Shown here one piece after another: positions 51,236 to 60,487 of a DNA stretch of 64,000 nucleotides. This DNA comes from Spirochaetia bacterium (GTDB taxonomy: Bacteria > Spirochaetota > Spirochaetia > WTKD01 > G963693115). The DNA is taken from contig CBDDCA010000006.1 of the NCBI GenBank assembly GCA_965226055.1, positions 512,001 to 576,000 of the forward strand, written 5' to 3'. The notes beneath the pieces were generated by a model that searched no databases, was not told the origin of the DNA, and saw nothing but the letters and a program-made list of their open reading frames with translations. Every line of letters begins with the position of its first letter. Positions within the stretch are counted from its first letter, which is position 1. Position numbers and translations under genes: made by a program.

Positions 51236-52225
51236 TTACATACCTTCAATAATATCATATAACTGCTTTTGTTCAGAATCTAAACTTGGATAGAGTACCT
51301 CTTTTGCAATAGCTTGAAATGATGTTTTCTCTACAGGATTAAAAGTCATCCCTTTATCAATTAATGTTTGCTTTAATCTTTTCTGATCTTTTTGAAATAT
51401 ATCACTTTCATATCGTTGCATTTCTTGTCCTGCATCAATAACAATAGCTTGTAAATCTTGAGGAAGACTTTTTAGTTTTTTATCACTAATAACTACATAG
51501 ATCCAACTGATAACATGTTCAGTAAGATTTACATATTTCTGTACCTCAAAGAAATTTGCACTATATATCAATGAAAGTGGATTTTCCTGTCCTTCAATAG
51601 TACCTTGTTGTAAGCTAGTAAAAACTTCCGAAAATGCCATTGGAGTAGGCTTTGCACCAGCAGCTTGCCAATAACTCACAAAAAGAGGAACATTTGGCAC
51701 TCTCAATATCATGCCATTTAAGTCTTGTGGTGCATTTATAGGACGGTTTGAAGTAAGATTTCTTGCTCCTCTTTGAAAATAAGCAAGCGGATACAGTCCT
51801 AAATTATTTTGTATTTGCTCAGCAATTTTTTCCCCTGGCTCACCTTTAATTACTTTTGTTAAGTGTTCAGAGTCTCTTATAAGAAATGGCACTGCAAGCA
51901 TTGCCGTAAGCGGAGCATTAAAGTTTTGCATGGACTCTCCTGTAATAGTCATGTCTACTACCCCTGCTTGTATTCCATTTAATAACTCAACTTCTTTTCC
52001 TAGCTGTTCATTAGGATATACCTGTACTTCAATTCTCCCATTGCTTTTCTCTTCAACAACTTCCTTAAATTTTACAGCTGCAAGATGCCATGAATGCTGT
52101 TCATTTGCTAAATGACCAAACTTAAGAACAATGGGCTTCTCTGATTTTGCTTCATTTCCTCCACCAGAAAACACAAGCTGACTTACAACACACATGAGTA
52201 TGAGCACATATAATACTTTTTTCAT
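51236..52225 (-). CDS. dctP: TRAP transporter substrate-binding protein
   Basis: VYPNEQLG, LRVP, PTPMAFSEVFTSLQQGTIEGQENP; RBS GGAGG. Confidence 0.94.
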   Translation of the reverse strand: MKKVLYVLILMCVVSQLVFSGGGNEAKSEKPIVLKFGHLANEQHSWHLAAVKFKEVVEEKSNGRIEVQVYPNEQLGKEVELLNGIQAGVVDMTITGESMQNFNAPLTAMLAVPFLIRDSEHLTKVIKGEPGEKIAEQIQNNLGLYPLAYFQRGARNLTSNRPINAPQDLNGMILRVPNVPLFVSYWQAAGAKPTPMAFSEVFTSLQQGTIEGQENPLSLIYSANFFEVQKYVNLTEHVISWIYVVISDKKLKSLPQDLQAIVIDAGQEMQRYESDIFQKDQKRLKQTLIDKGMTFNPVEKTSFQAIAKEVLYPSLDSEQKQLYDIIEGM

Positions 52226-52320
52226 AGTAACCTCCGTATATAAAATAGTATATATACATTATATCATACGAGAGAAGGAATAATATAGGTGTTACATTGA
52301 AAATATACTATACTAGTATC

Positions 52321-54314
52321 ATGGCACTTAATTTTGACACATTAAAAGCAATTCTTTCTGAGAACAAGGCATATCTTAATCAAGATGGCACCATAAACAA
52401 TGTAGAGTTACATAAACTGGCACAAAAATCAGATAATACGCTTGTAGACATGCTTGTTGCTCATGATGAAACACGCCCTGAATTTTTTCTAAAGCGTGGA
52501 AGCTATCATGTATTTTTACAGGATAAATTTATTGATTACATATCACACAAAGACTTTCTGATGAATTCTTATACAAAATACAAAAATAAGATAGGATTGC
52601 ATGATGGCAAAGATTTTATCCAAAAGAACAGAGAGGTAGTGCTGAGTTTTCCCTTTAAGGATTGTGTGCTTGAAGGAGGACAAACAAAAGATGAAGAAAA
52701 GCGACAAGAAATTTACTATAACAAAGTGCTAGCATCCGAAGAGATAGATCGTCTTCTCGATCCAAAAGTGCTTACAAATGCAAAGCGATACAGCACAAAT
52801 CAAGACAAAGTGACAGTGAAAGAATGTGATACATTTCAAAGGGATGCTGAAATAAACAAGCAACGTGGTACCAGCGAAGACACCATAACCGATAATCTTA
52901 TTATAAAAGGCAATAATCTCATTGCCTTACACAGTATAAAACAACACTTTAGAGGAAAGGTAAAGCTAGTATATATAGATCCCCCGTATAATACAGATAG
53001 TGATGTTGATACTTTCAAGTACAATAATAGCTTTAAGCACAGTACTTGGCTTGTGTTTATGAAAAATAGACTAGAAGTAGCAAAAGAATTATTACGAAAT
53101 GACGGACTTATTATTATAGATATAGATCATTTTGAGCTGTTTTATTTAGGCACTTTATGTGATGAAATATTTGGGAGAGAAAATAGACTAGGAATACTTG
53201 CAGTACAGCATAACCCTGGAGGCAGAGATAATGAATTTTTTGCAAATAGCCATGAAAATAAATTAGTCTATGCAAAAAACAAAGAACTAGCACAGATTTA
53301 TAATTTTATTTCATCTGAAGAAGAACTAAACAAAAAATATAACAAAAAGGATGCACAAGGAAGATATAAAGAGCGAGGCTTACAAAGAGTAGGTGATGGC
53401 TCTAATAGAGAGGAAAGCCCTAAATTATTTTATCCTATTTTTTACAATCCTGAAAACAATACCATTGCTTTTGAACAACAAGAAGGATATGTTGAAATAC
53501 TGCCTATAGATAGTGATGGCCTTGAAAAAAGATGGCGCTGGAGTAAACAAAAGGTTATCACAGAGTGGGATAAACACAATGTTTTTGTGCGAAATGTAAA
53601 AGGAAAATATCAAATATATACTAAAAAGAGAATTGAAGAAGACACTGGAATAAAGCCAAAAACATTGTGGGTAAACTCTAAACATGCAGGAACAAATGGA
53701 ACAAAGGCATTAAAGGAACTATTTTCTAAAAAAGTTTTTTCTTATCCTAAGTCTCCGTTTATGGTAGCTGATACATTACAAGTTGCCACACAGCCCAACG
53801 ACATAGTCCTAGACTACCATCTTGGAAGTGGTACCACTGCAGCAGTGGCTCATAAAATGGGAAGGCAATACATCGGTATAGAACAGATGGATTACATTGA
53901 AGACATAGCAGTAACACGACTACAAAAAGTACTAGAAGGGGAGCAAAGTGGCATAAGCAAAGCCGTGCGCTGGCATGGGGGGGGGGGGGGGTAAGTAGCT
54001 TTGTCTACCTTGAACTAAAGCAACACAACCATAGATTTTTAGAACGCATCCATAACGCCACTACTTCAGAAGAACTCATAGCATTACAAAAAGATATTCT
54101 GCAACAAGCTCTCATTGATTATCGTCTTAATCTCAATGAAATTGCAACAAAGCAAGATGATTTCAAAGCACTCTCTCTTACAGATAAAAAACAAGTGCTT
54201 TTTGATTTTCTTGATTGTAATCAAATGTATGTCAATTACAGCGAACGAGATGATGAACACTATCACTGTAGCACACATGAAAAACATATTTCCGAAGATT
54301 TTTATCGCTCATAG
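52321..54314 (+). CDS. mod: Type III R-M adenine methyltransferase (Mod), frameshifted at a G15 tract (stops at 53994 as assembled)
   Basis: IKGNNLIAL, YIDPPYN, FSYPK, LGSGTT, YIGIEQMDY; the conserved C-terminus (SFVYLEL...LDCNQMYVNYSE...FY) continues in another frame from 53991 to TAG 54312-54314. Confidence 0.9.
53977..53991 (+). repeat. G15 homopolymer within mod
   Basis: tggcat followed by 15 G then taagtagc; G13 or G16 would restore the frame. Confidence 0.92.
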
Positions 54315-54340
54315 TGGCAAAGAGCAAATGGAGTATCCCC

Positions 54341-56911
54341 ATGAATAACAAAAAACAATATCTTTTTGAGCAATACAATTCGTTAGAAAGTGCATTAGTA
54401 ATGGAGCAAGCTCCTACCTATACAGGATTACCTACAATACCAACATGCATTACCGATAACATTGCACACACACTTCGTCCTTATCAAGAAAAAGCTATGA
54501 AGCGTTTTATTCATTATCATACACAATACAAGCACAGAAATGGCAATAATCATATACTCTTTGAAATGGCAACAGGTACAGGCAAAACATTGATAATGGC
54601 ATGTATAATGTTATATCTGTATACAAAAGGCTATCGTAATTTTCTGTTCTTTGTAAACTCTACCAATATTATAGAAAAAACAAAACAAAATTTTACTGCA
54701 CAAGGCACGAGCAAATATTTGTTCACTGACAAGATTGAAATTGACAATCAAACAGTAGAAGTACAGTCAATCAATAGCCTTACAGAAACAAATGATACAT
54801 GTATCAATATTTTATTTACCACCGTACAAGGCTTACACTCATCACTACAAAACCAAAAAGAAAACAGCTTTACCTTAGAAGATTTTAAGGAATATAGCAT
54901 TGTCCTCCTTGCCGATGAATCACATCACAACAACACCGCTACTAAAAAAGAAATAGAATTACTATATTCATGGGAAAAAAGTATCATAAATATTTGGCAA
55001 CAGCATCCAGACAATCATCTCCTTGAATTTACCGCAACAGCCGAATTGAACAAAAATGCCATACAAGAGAAATACTATAATAAAGCAATTATTCAATATG
55101 GATTAAAAGAATTTCGCAGTGATGGATATTCAAAAAATATCTTTTTAGCAAAGACAGACACAGACGAAATAAAAGAGCGGTTTCTCTTAGCAATACTGCT
55201 AAGTCAATATCGATTAGAAATTGCTTCTAAGTATAGACTAAACATAAAACCTGTTATTTTATTTAAATCAAAAACAATACATGAAAATGAAATGCACACA
55301 AAACAATTTAACGAAATAATAGAGAACATGGAAATAGAAGATATACAGGAATTATTTCTCATACTTAAAAAATACAGACATATTGATATATACAACAATG
55401 TATACAATTTTTTTATTGATGGAGCTTTCTCTCATACCTATGTATTAAAAAGAATAAGAATATCTTTTTCAAAAGAAAAAGTCATCAATGTTAACAAAGA
55501 TGAAGACGTAAAACATATGCAAATAACACTCAATACTTTAGAGGATACTCATAATAAATATCGTGTTATTTTTGCAGTAGACAAACTTAATGAGGGCTGG
55601 GATGTACTAAACTTATACGATATAGTAAAACTATACGAAACACCGAGCGTAGCAAAAAAGCCCCCAACAGCACGAGAAATTCAGCTTATTGGACGTGGTG
55701 CAAGATTATTTCCCTACCGTATAGACGATACTCAAGAACAGTATAAACGAAAATATGATAGTGATGGAGATAATGAATTAGCCGTATTAGAGCAGTTGCA
55801 TTTTCATACTTCTGATGGTTCAAAATATATTGAACAGCTCAACAAAGATTTAGAAGAAGCAGGGCTAGTTGATAGCACCCTTCAAGAAGAAAAGGTAACA
55901 TTAAAAGAAGACTTTCGTAACTCAGAAATATACAAAGAAAAACATGTATATGTAAACAAAAGAGTAAAGCGAGAAAAAAAACATAAGTTTCAGATGGACT
56001 TATTTGGTGGCATCAGCGATGTAAAAACAGATGAGCGTTTTAAGAGTCTTACAGGCAATTATAAAGTGAAAATCAATTTAGATACTTTTGAAATGTACGA
56101 AAACATGAAAATAAAGGAATTTCAGTACACAAAGGAATTATCTATAAAACTCAAAGATGTTCCCGATCATGTTTTTATAAAAGCCATTGCAAAGAATAAA
56201 TACTTTACATTTGACACTATAGCAACAGTATTAGATATTACAAGTATGATGAACTTAAAAGAAACATTCTCAGATAATTATTTACACATTTCATATCCAA
56301 AAGAATATCAGAAAAAGGATGTAAAACACCCTTATAATCTCATGAAAGCATGTAGCAATTTCTTACACAACCTTAAACAACTGCTTCATGATGTATACAC
56401 TGAATATGTAGGCACACAAACACTATACCCAAAACCTCTTATAGAAATATTTAAGGACAAAAAAATTATCATACATAAAAATAATATAATTGATGGAACC
56501 CAATATAAGTATTTTGCACAAAATATAGTAAGAGGCACAGAACAGGAAATTCAATTTATAAAAGATATATGTAATTTCTTTGAACAGAGAAATGAAAAGA
56601 TTGCATGGATTATACGCAATGAAAAAGATTTTCAAATATATAATTTTGAAGATGGAAAAGCTTTTGAGCCTGACTTTCTTTTGATGTTACAAAAAAATGA
56701 AACACAAATATACCAAATTTTTATGGAACCTAAAGGCGATCATTTACTAAAATATGATAGATGGAAAGAAACGCTTATGGAAAACATAGCAAAACTTTCT
56801 CACAGAGAACATGGAGATTTCAACTATACCATTATAGCAATGCCTTTTTACAATATTGATACGAGAGGCACATTTCGTACTATATTAGAAGAGAAACTAT
56901 ACCCGCAGTAG
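54341..56911 (+). CDS. res: Type III R-M restriction subunit (Res)
   Basis: EMATGTGKT, LADESHH, EFTAT, KLNEGWDVLN, QLIGRGAR, C-terminal FEPDF...EPKG nuclease motif; ATG 54341 after GGAG (alternative GTG 54314). Confidence 0.92.
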   Translation: MNNKKQYLFEQYNSLESALVMEQAPTYTGLPTIPTCITDNIAHTLRPYQEKAMKRFIHYHTQYKHRNGNNHILFEMATGTGKTLIMACIMLYLYTKGYRNFLFFVNSTNIIEKTKQNFTAQGTSKYLFTDKIEIDNQTVEVQSINSLTETNDTCINILFTTVQGLHSSLQNQKENSFTLEDFKEYSIVLLADESHHNNTATKKEIELLYSWEKSIINIWQQHPDNHLLEFTATAELNKNAIQEKYYNKAIIQYGLKEFRSDGYSKNIFLAKTDTDEIKERFLLAILLSQYRLEIASKYRLNIKPVILFKSKTIHENEMHTKQFNEIIENMEIEDIQELFLILKKYRHIDIYNNVYNFFIDGAFSHTYVLKRIRISFSKEKVINVNKDEDVKHMQITLNTLEDTHNKYRVIFAVDKLNEGWDVLNLYDIVKLYETPSVAKKPPTAREIQLIGRGARLFPYRIDDTQEQYKRKYDSDGDNELAVLEQLHFHTSDGSKYIEQLNKDLEEAGLVDSTLQEEKVTLKEDFRNSEIYKEKHVYVNKRVKREKKHKFQMDLFGGISDVKTDERFKSLTGNYKVKINLDTFEMYENMKIKEFQYTKELSIKLKDVPDHVFIKAIAKNKYFTFDTIATVLDITSMMNLKETFSDNYLHISYPKEYQKKDVKHPYNLMKACSNFLHNLKQLLHDVYTEYVGTQTLYPKPLIEIFKDKKIIIHKNNIIDGTQYKYFAQNIVRGTEQEIQFIKDICNFFEQRNEKIAWIIRNEKDFQIYNFEDGKAFEPDFLLMLQKNETQIYQIFMEPKGDHLLKYDRWKETLMENIAKLSHREHGDFNYTIIAMPFYNIDTRGTFRTILEEKLYPQ

Positions 56912-57091
56912 ATAAAAAGGAACTTTATACAATAGTAACCCAATCTTATTGAAAATATATTTTTAGAAGCTGATCTAAACAAGAGAAAAAAGTAGAAAAT
57001 CTCAATTAAGTATACATCAAACTAGTATTATGATTATACTATTGATAGTTTTTTATTGTATAAAACATTAAAATTAAGCTATAATAAAATA

Positions 57092-57916
57092 ATGAAGAAA
57101 GTAAAAATACAAGTGTTGAATTTTAAGCTATTTCCCAAAAAAAGAAAAGGTGCTAAAGTATATGGTGAGTTATTTCAAGATATTTTTAAGAAAAGAATTA
57201 TTGGCAATATTACAACAGATAGAAAAGGAATGATAAAAAAACTTATAAAACATAACGATCATGTATTCTATGGAACTATTTCAACATTTATACATATTTC
57301 AGAAAATGATGATTGGTTAAATACTGAAAAATTAGAAACTGAACATGAAAAATATATCCCTGATAATAGATATCCAAAAGAAAAAACAGTAGAATATTTT
57401 TTAGATACCCAATTACATAAACTATTCTTATTAGCAAAAAGTAAAACAGTCAATATCAATCAAGTAGAAAAATTATTAAAAAGTATCTTTAAAAAATATT
57501 TAGGTGATGATGAAACTATGAATATAGAAAAGATGGTGAAAAAAGAGATTATTGATCTAATATTAAATAACCCATTATATAAACTGTCTGTATCTATAAC
57601 CCCAACGAATGATGAATCATTAGAGGCATTCGAAGATTTTTTAGATAAAGATCTAAAACAATCAGGAACATCTAAATTTGACGCAGAGTTTAAAGCACCA
57701 TCAAATAAAAGTACGATGAAAGATAGTAAGTTTGCCTCAGCACTTGTTAAATTAGCACAAAATAATGGAAAAGCAAAAGCTGTTATAGAAAAAGATGGTA
57801 AAAAACAAACTATTAACACTGATGATCATGTACAAGATTTTTATTTAGAGTATGAAAAAGAATTTGAAGATGGCATTGAATATTTTATAAAAAATACATT
57901 TGAGAATGAAAAATAA
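57092..57916 (+). CDS. DUF4747-like protein
   Basis: By recall of the family pattern: LNFKLFP...Y.ELF, YGTISTF, WLN, IPDN..P, H.LF, ITPTN, LAQNNGKAK; very AT-rich. Confidence 0.65.
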   Translation: MKKVKIQVLNFKLFPKKRKGAKVYGELFQDIFKKRIIGNITTDRKGMIKKLIKHNDHVFYGTISTFIHISENDDWLNTEKLETEHEKYIPDNRYPKEKTVEYFLDTQLHKLFLLAKSKTVNINQVEKLLKSIFKKYLGDDETMNIEKMVKKEIIDLILNNPLYKLSVSITPTNDESLEAFEDFLDKDLKQSGTSKFDAEFKAPSNKSTMKDSKFASALVKLAQNNGKAKAVIEKDGKKQTINTDDHVQDFYLEYEKEFEDGIEYFIKNTFENEK

Positions 57917-58481
57917 GTACAATTTGTCATATACAGGAATATTTCTCGTTGCACTTCAAAGGAAAGCGTATAAAAAACTAAAATTTTTTAGTGCTATTAT
58001 AATAGCACTAGCTGCTGCACTTTTTATTGGATGGATAGATAGATCTTATGAAATTCTCAAAGAACTGCTCTCTATTGGGATACTCATTTTCCCAAGCCTT
58101 TTAGGGTTTAGCTTGGGAGGATTAGGACTCATTATAGGATTGAGCTCAAAAGAATTTGTAACAACTCTTTCAAAGCCTCGAAAAAATAAAGACTTTAGTC
58201 TTTACGAAGAATTAGTAGGAATATTTTCTTTCTCTGTACTGATGAATGGGATAACGCTCCTTCTTTATTTTTTTGGTAAAATAGGAATCAAATTATTTCA
58301 GTTTATTTCAATGCCTTTGTTTGATAACTATGTAGAGTGCATCAATACCATCTTTATATTTATATACATGTGTTCTACGCTTTATTCATTATTTCTTTCT
58401 ATTGATACCATAGCAACAACATTTTCTACTGCTAGAGCATATACTTTGCACCTTCAAAATAGACAAGATAATACTACATAA
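57906..58481 (+). CDS. Membrane protein (about 4 TM) coupled to the DUF4747-like gene
   Basis: Overlaps the upstream stop by 11 nt; hydrophobic segments including FPSLLGFSLGGLGLIIG. Confidence 0.75.
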   Translation: MKNKYNLSYTGIFLVALQRKAYKKLKFFSAIIIALAAALFIGWIDRSYEILKELLSIGILIFPSLLGFSLGGLGLIIGLSSKEFVTTLSKPRKNKDFSLYEELVGIFSFSVLMNGITLLLYFFGKIGIKLFQFISMPLFDNYVECINTIFIFIYMCSTLYSLFLSIDTIATTFSTARAYTLHLQNRQDNTT

Positions 58482-58528
58482 TTTTTAAAATTCATTAAAG
58501 TATATATAACCACTCCAAAAAAGTAATA

Positions 58529-58554
58529 TTTTTTAGTAATATATTACTAAAAAA
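58529..58554. repeat. Perfect 26-bp palindrome
   Basis: ttttttagtaatatattactaaaaaa is its own reverse complement. Confidence 0.85.
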
Positions 58555-58688
58555 CTCATCATTTAAAATTCTAAAATAAATAAAATTGTAGCAACATATT
58601 CCCCTTGCCTTGTCAATATCTCATACGATATACTAGAAATATAAACACTGTATAACAGTAAAAAATATAATGAAAGCGGTATTATAAT

Positions 58689-59336
58689 ATGTTACAAAAA
58701 CACAACATTATTTCTCGTATTATTGATGTAGGAGTAGTAGCAATAGTGCGTACTGATAAAGCAGAGCAAGCTACTAACATTGTACAGGCATGCTTAGACG
58801 GAGGGCTTACTTCCGTAGAAATAACATTTACAGTCGATAGTGCACATCGCATCATTGAACAAGTACACATGAAACACACCCATTGTATACTAGGAGCAGG
58901 CACAGTACTTGATGCTCATACCGCAAGAATAGCAATACTAGCAGGGGCATCATACATAGTCAGTCCATCTTTTGATACAGAAACAGCAAAGCTGTGCAAT
59001 CGCTATGCTATACCCTATATGGCAGGATGTTATACCCCTACCGAAGTAGCAAAAGCATTGGAGTATGGAGTAGAAATTATAAAACTATTTCCCAGTACCC
59101 TGCTCTCTCCTTCTGCAATCACAGCAATAAAAGCACCGTTTCCACAGGCTAACATTATGCCTACTGGGGGAGTCAGTTTGGACAATGTAGACACATGGAT
59201 CAAGGCAGGCGCTATAGCAATAGGCGTTGGAGGCGACCTTACGGCAGGAGCAAAGACAAACGATTATGCTCAAATACGACAGAAAGCAAGCGAGTATAAA
59301 CAAGCAGTAGAACATGCACGTAATAACCGTACATAG
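58689..59336 (+). CDS. eda: KDPG/KHG aldolase
   Basis: VAIVR, VEITF, GAGTVLD, YIVSP, TPTE, IKLFP, MPTGGV. Confidence 0.94.
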   Translation: MLQKHNIISRIIDVGVVAIVRTDKAEQATNIVQACLDGGLTSVEITFTVDSAHRIIEQVHMKHTHCILGAGTVLDAHTARIAILAGASYIVSPSFDTETAKLCNRYAIPYMAGCYTPTEVAKALEYGVEIIKLFPSTLLSPSAITAIKAPFPQANIMPTGGVSLDNVDTWIKAGAIAIGVGGDLTAGAKTNDYAQIRQKASEYKQAVEHARNNRT

Positions 59337-59359
59337 AAAGAACAAAAAAAGGAAAGCCT

Positions 59360-60394
59360 ATGAGTAATACACAAAAAAAAATTGTAACGTTTGGAGAAAT
59401 AATGCTTCGATTATCACCTCCTGCGTATCAGCGTATCGCTTTTACACGTAATTTTGAAGCATGTTATGCAGGCGGAGAGGCAAATGTAGCAGTATCACTT
59501 GCAAACTATGGAATGAATTCATACTTTGTATCAAAAGTACCAGAAAATGAAATAGGATCAGCGGCAACGCGTACACTAAAGGAAATGAATGTAAACACAG
59601 ACTATATCATCCATGGAGGAAAAAGGCTTGGAGTATATTACTTAGAACATGGAGCAAGCGTTCGTCCCTCAAAAGTAGTATACGATAGAAAACATTCTTC
59701 TCTCTCAGAAGCACAGGAAACAGAGTTTGATTTCGATACCATTTTTAACGAGGCTACGTGGTTTCATGTCTCAGGAATAAGCCCTGCTTTATCAGAATCG
59801 TGTGCAACAATTACTGCAAAAGCCCTACAATGTGCAAAAAAAGCAGGCCTCACTACCTCTTTTGATCTTAATTATCGCAAGAAGTTATGGACAGCACAAG
59901 AAGCACAAAAGATATGCATACCTCTTATGGAACATGTGGATGTATGTATTGGCAACGAAGAAGACGCAGAAAAAGTATTGGGGTTCACACCACAAGGGAG
60001 TAATATACCACAAGGCACTCTTGATATAGATGGATATAAGACAATGTTTGAAAAATTAAAAGCACGCTTTGGGTTTCAGCATGTTGCTACAACATTAAGA
60101 GAAAGTATCTCCGCATCTGATAACGGATGGTCTGCGTTATTGTATAATGGACAACAATTTTTCCAATCAAAAAAATATAATCTCCATATTGTAGATCGTG
60201 TAGGAGCAGGCGATTCCTTTAGTGCGGGACTGATATACTCACTTATAGTAAAAAAATATCCACAACAAGCCATTGATTTTGCTGTTGCTGCCTCTGCCTT
60301 AAAACATAGTATACACGGAGACTTTAACCAAGTGAGCGTAGAAGAAGTAGAAAAGCTTGCCACAGGCGATGCAAGTGGGAGAGTAGAACGCTAA
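59360..60394 (+). CDS. kdgK: 2-dehydro-3-deoxygluconokinase (PfkB family)
   Basis: FGEIMLRL, GGEANVA, DLNYRKKLW, DRVGAGDSF; follows eda. Confidence 0.92.
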   Translation: MSNTQKKIVTFGEIMLRLSPPAYQRIAFTRNFEACYAGGEANVAVSLANYGMNSYFVSKVPENEIGSAATRTLKEMNVNTDYIIHGGKRLGVYYLEHGASVRPSKVVYDRKHSSLSEAQETEFDFDTIFNEATWFHVSGISPALSESCATITAKALQCAKKAGLTTSFDLNYRKKLWTAQEAQKICIPLMEHVDVCIGNEEDAEKVLGFTPQGSNIPQGTLDIDGYKTMFEKLKARFGFQHVATTLRESISASDNGWSALLYNGQQFFQSKKYNLHIVDRVGAGDSFSAGLIYSLIVKKYPQQAIDFAVAASALKHSIHGDFNQVSVEEVEKLATGDASGRVER

Positions 60395-60487
60395 CTCTTC
60401 CATAGAAAATACCGCCTTTATTCTCACTTTTTCTGTGTCCTCATCTCTATTTTTTATGCTTGTATTTATATTCTTGCCTCTTTATTT

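Noticed and set aside
54115-54348. 77-aa ORF between mod and res (and antisense 54084-54287)
   Set aside because: The region is explained by the out-of-frame Mod C-terminus in a different + frame.
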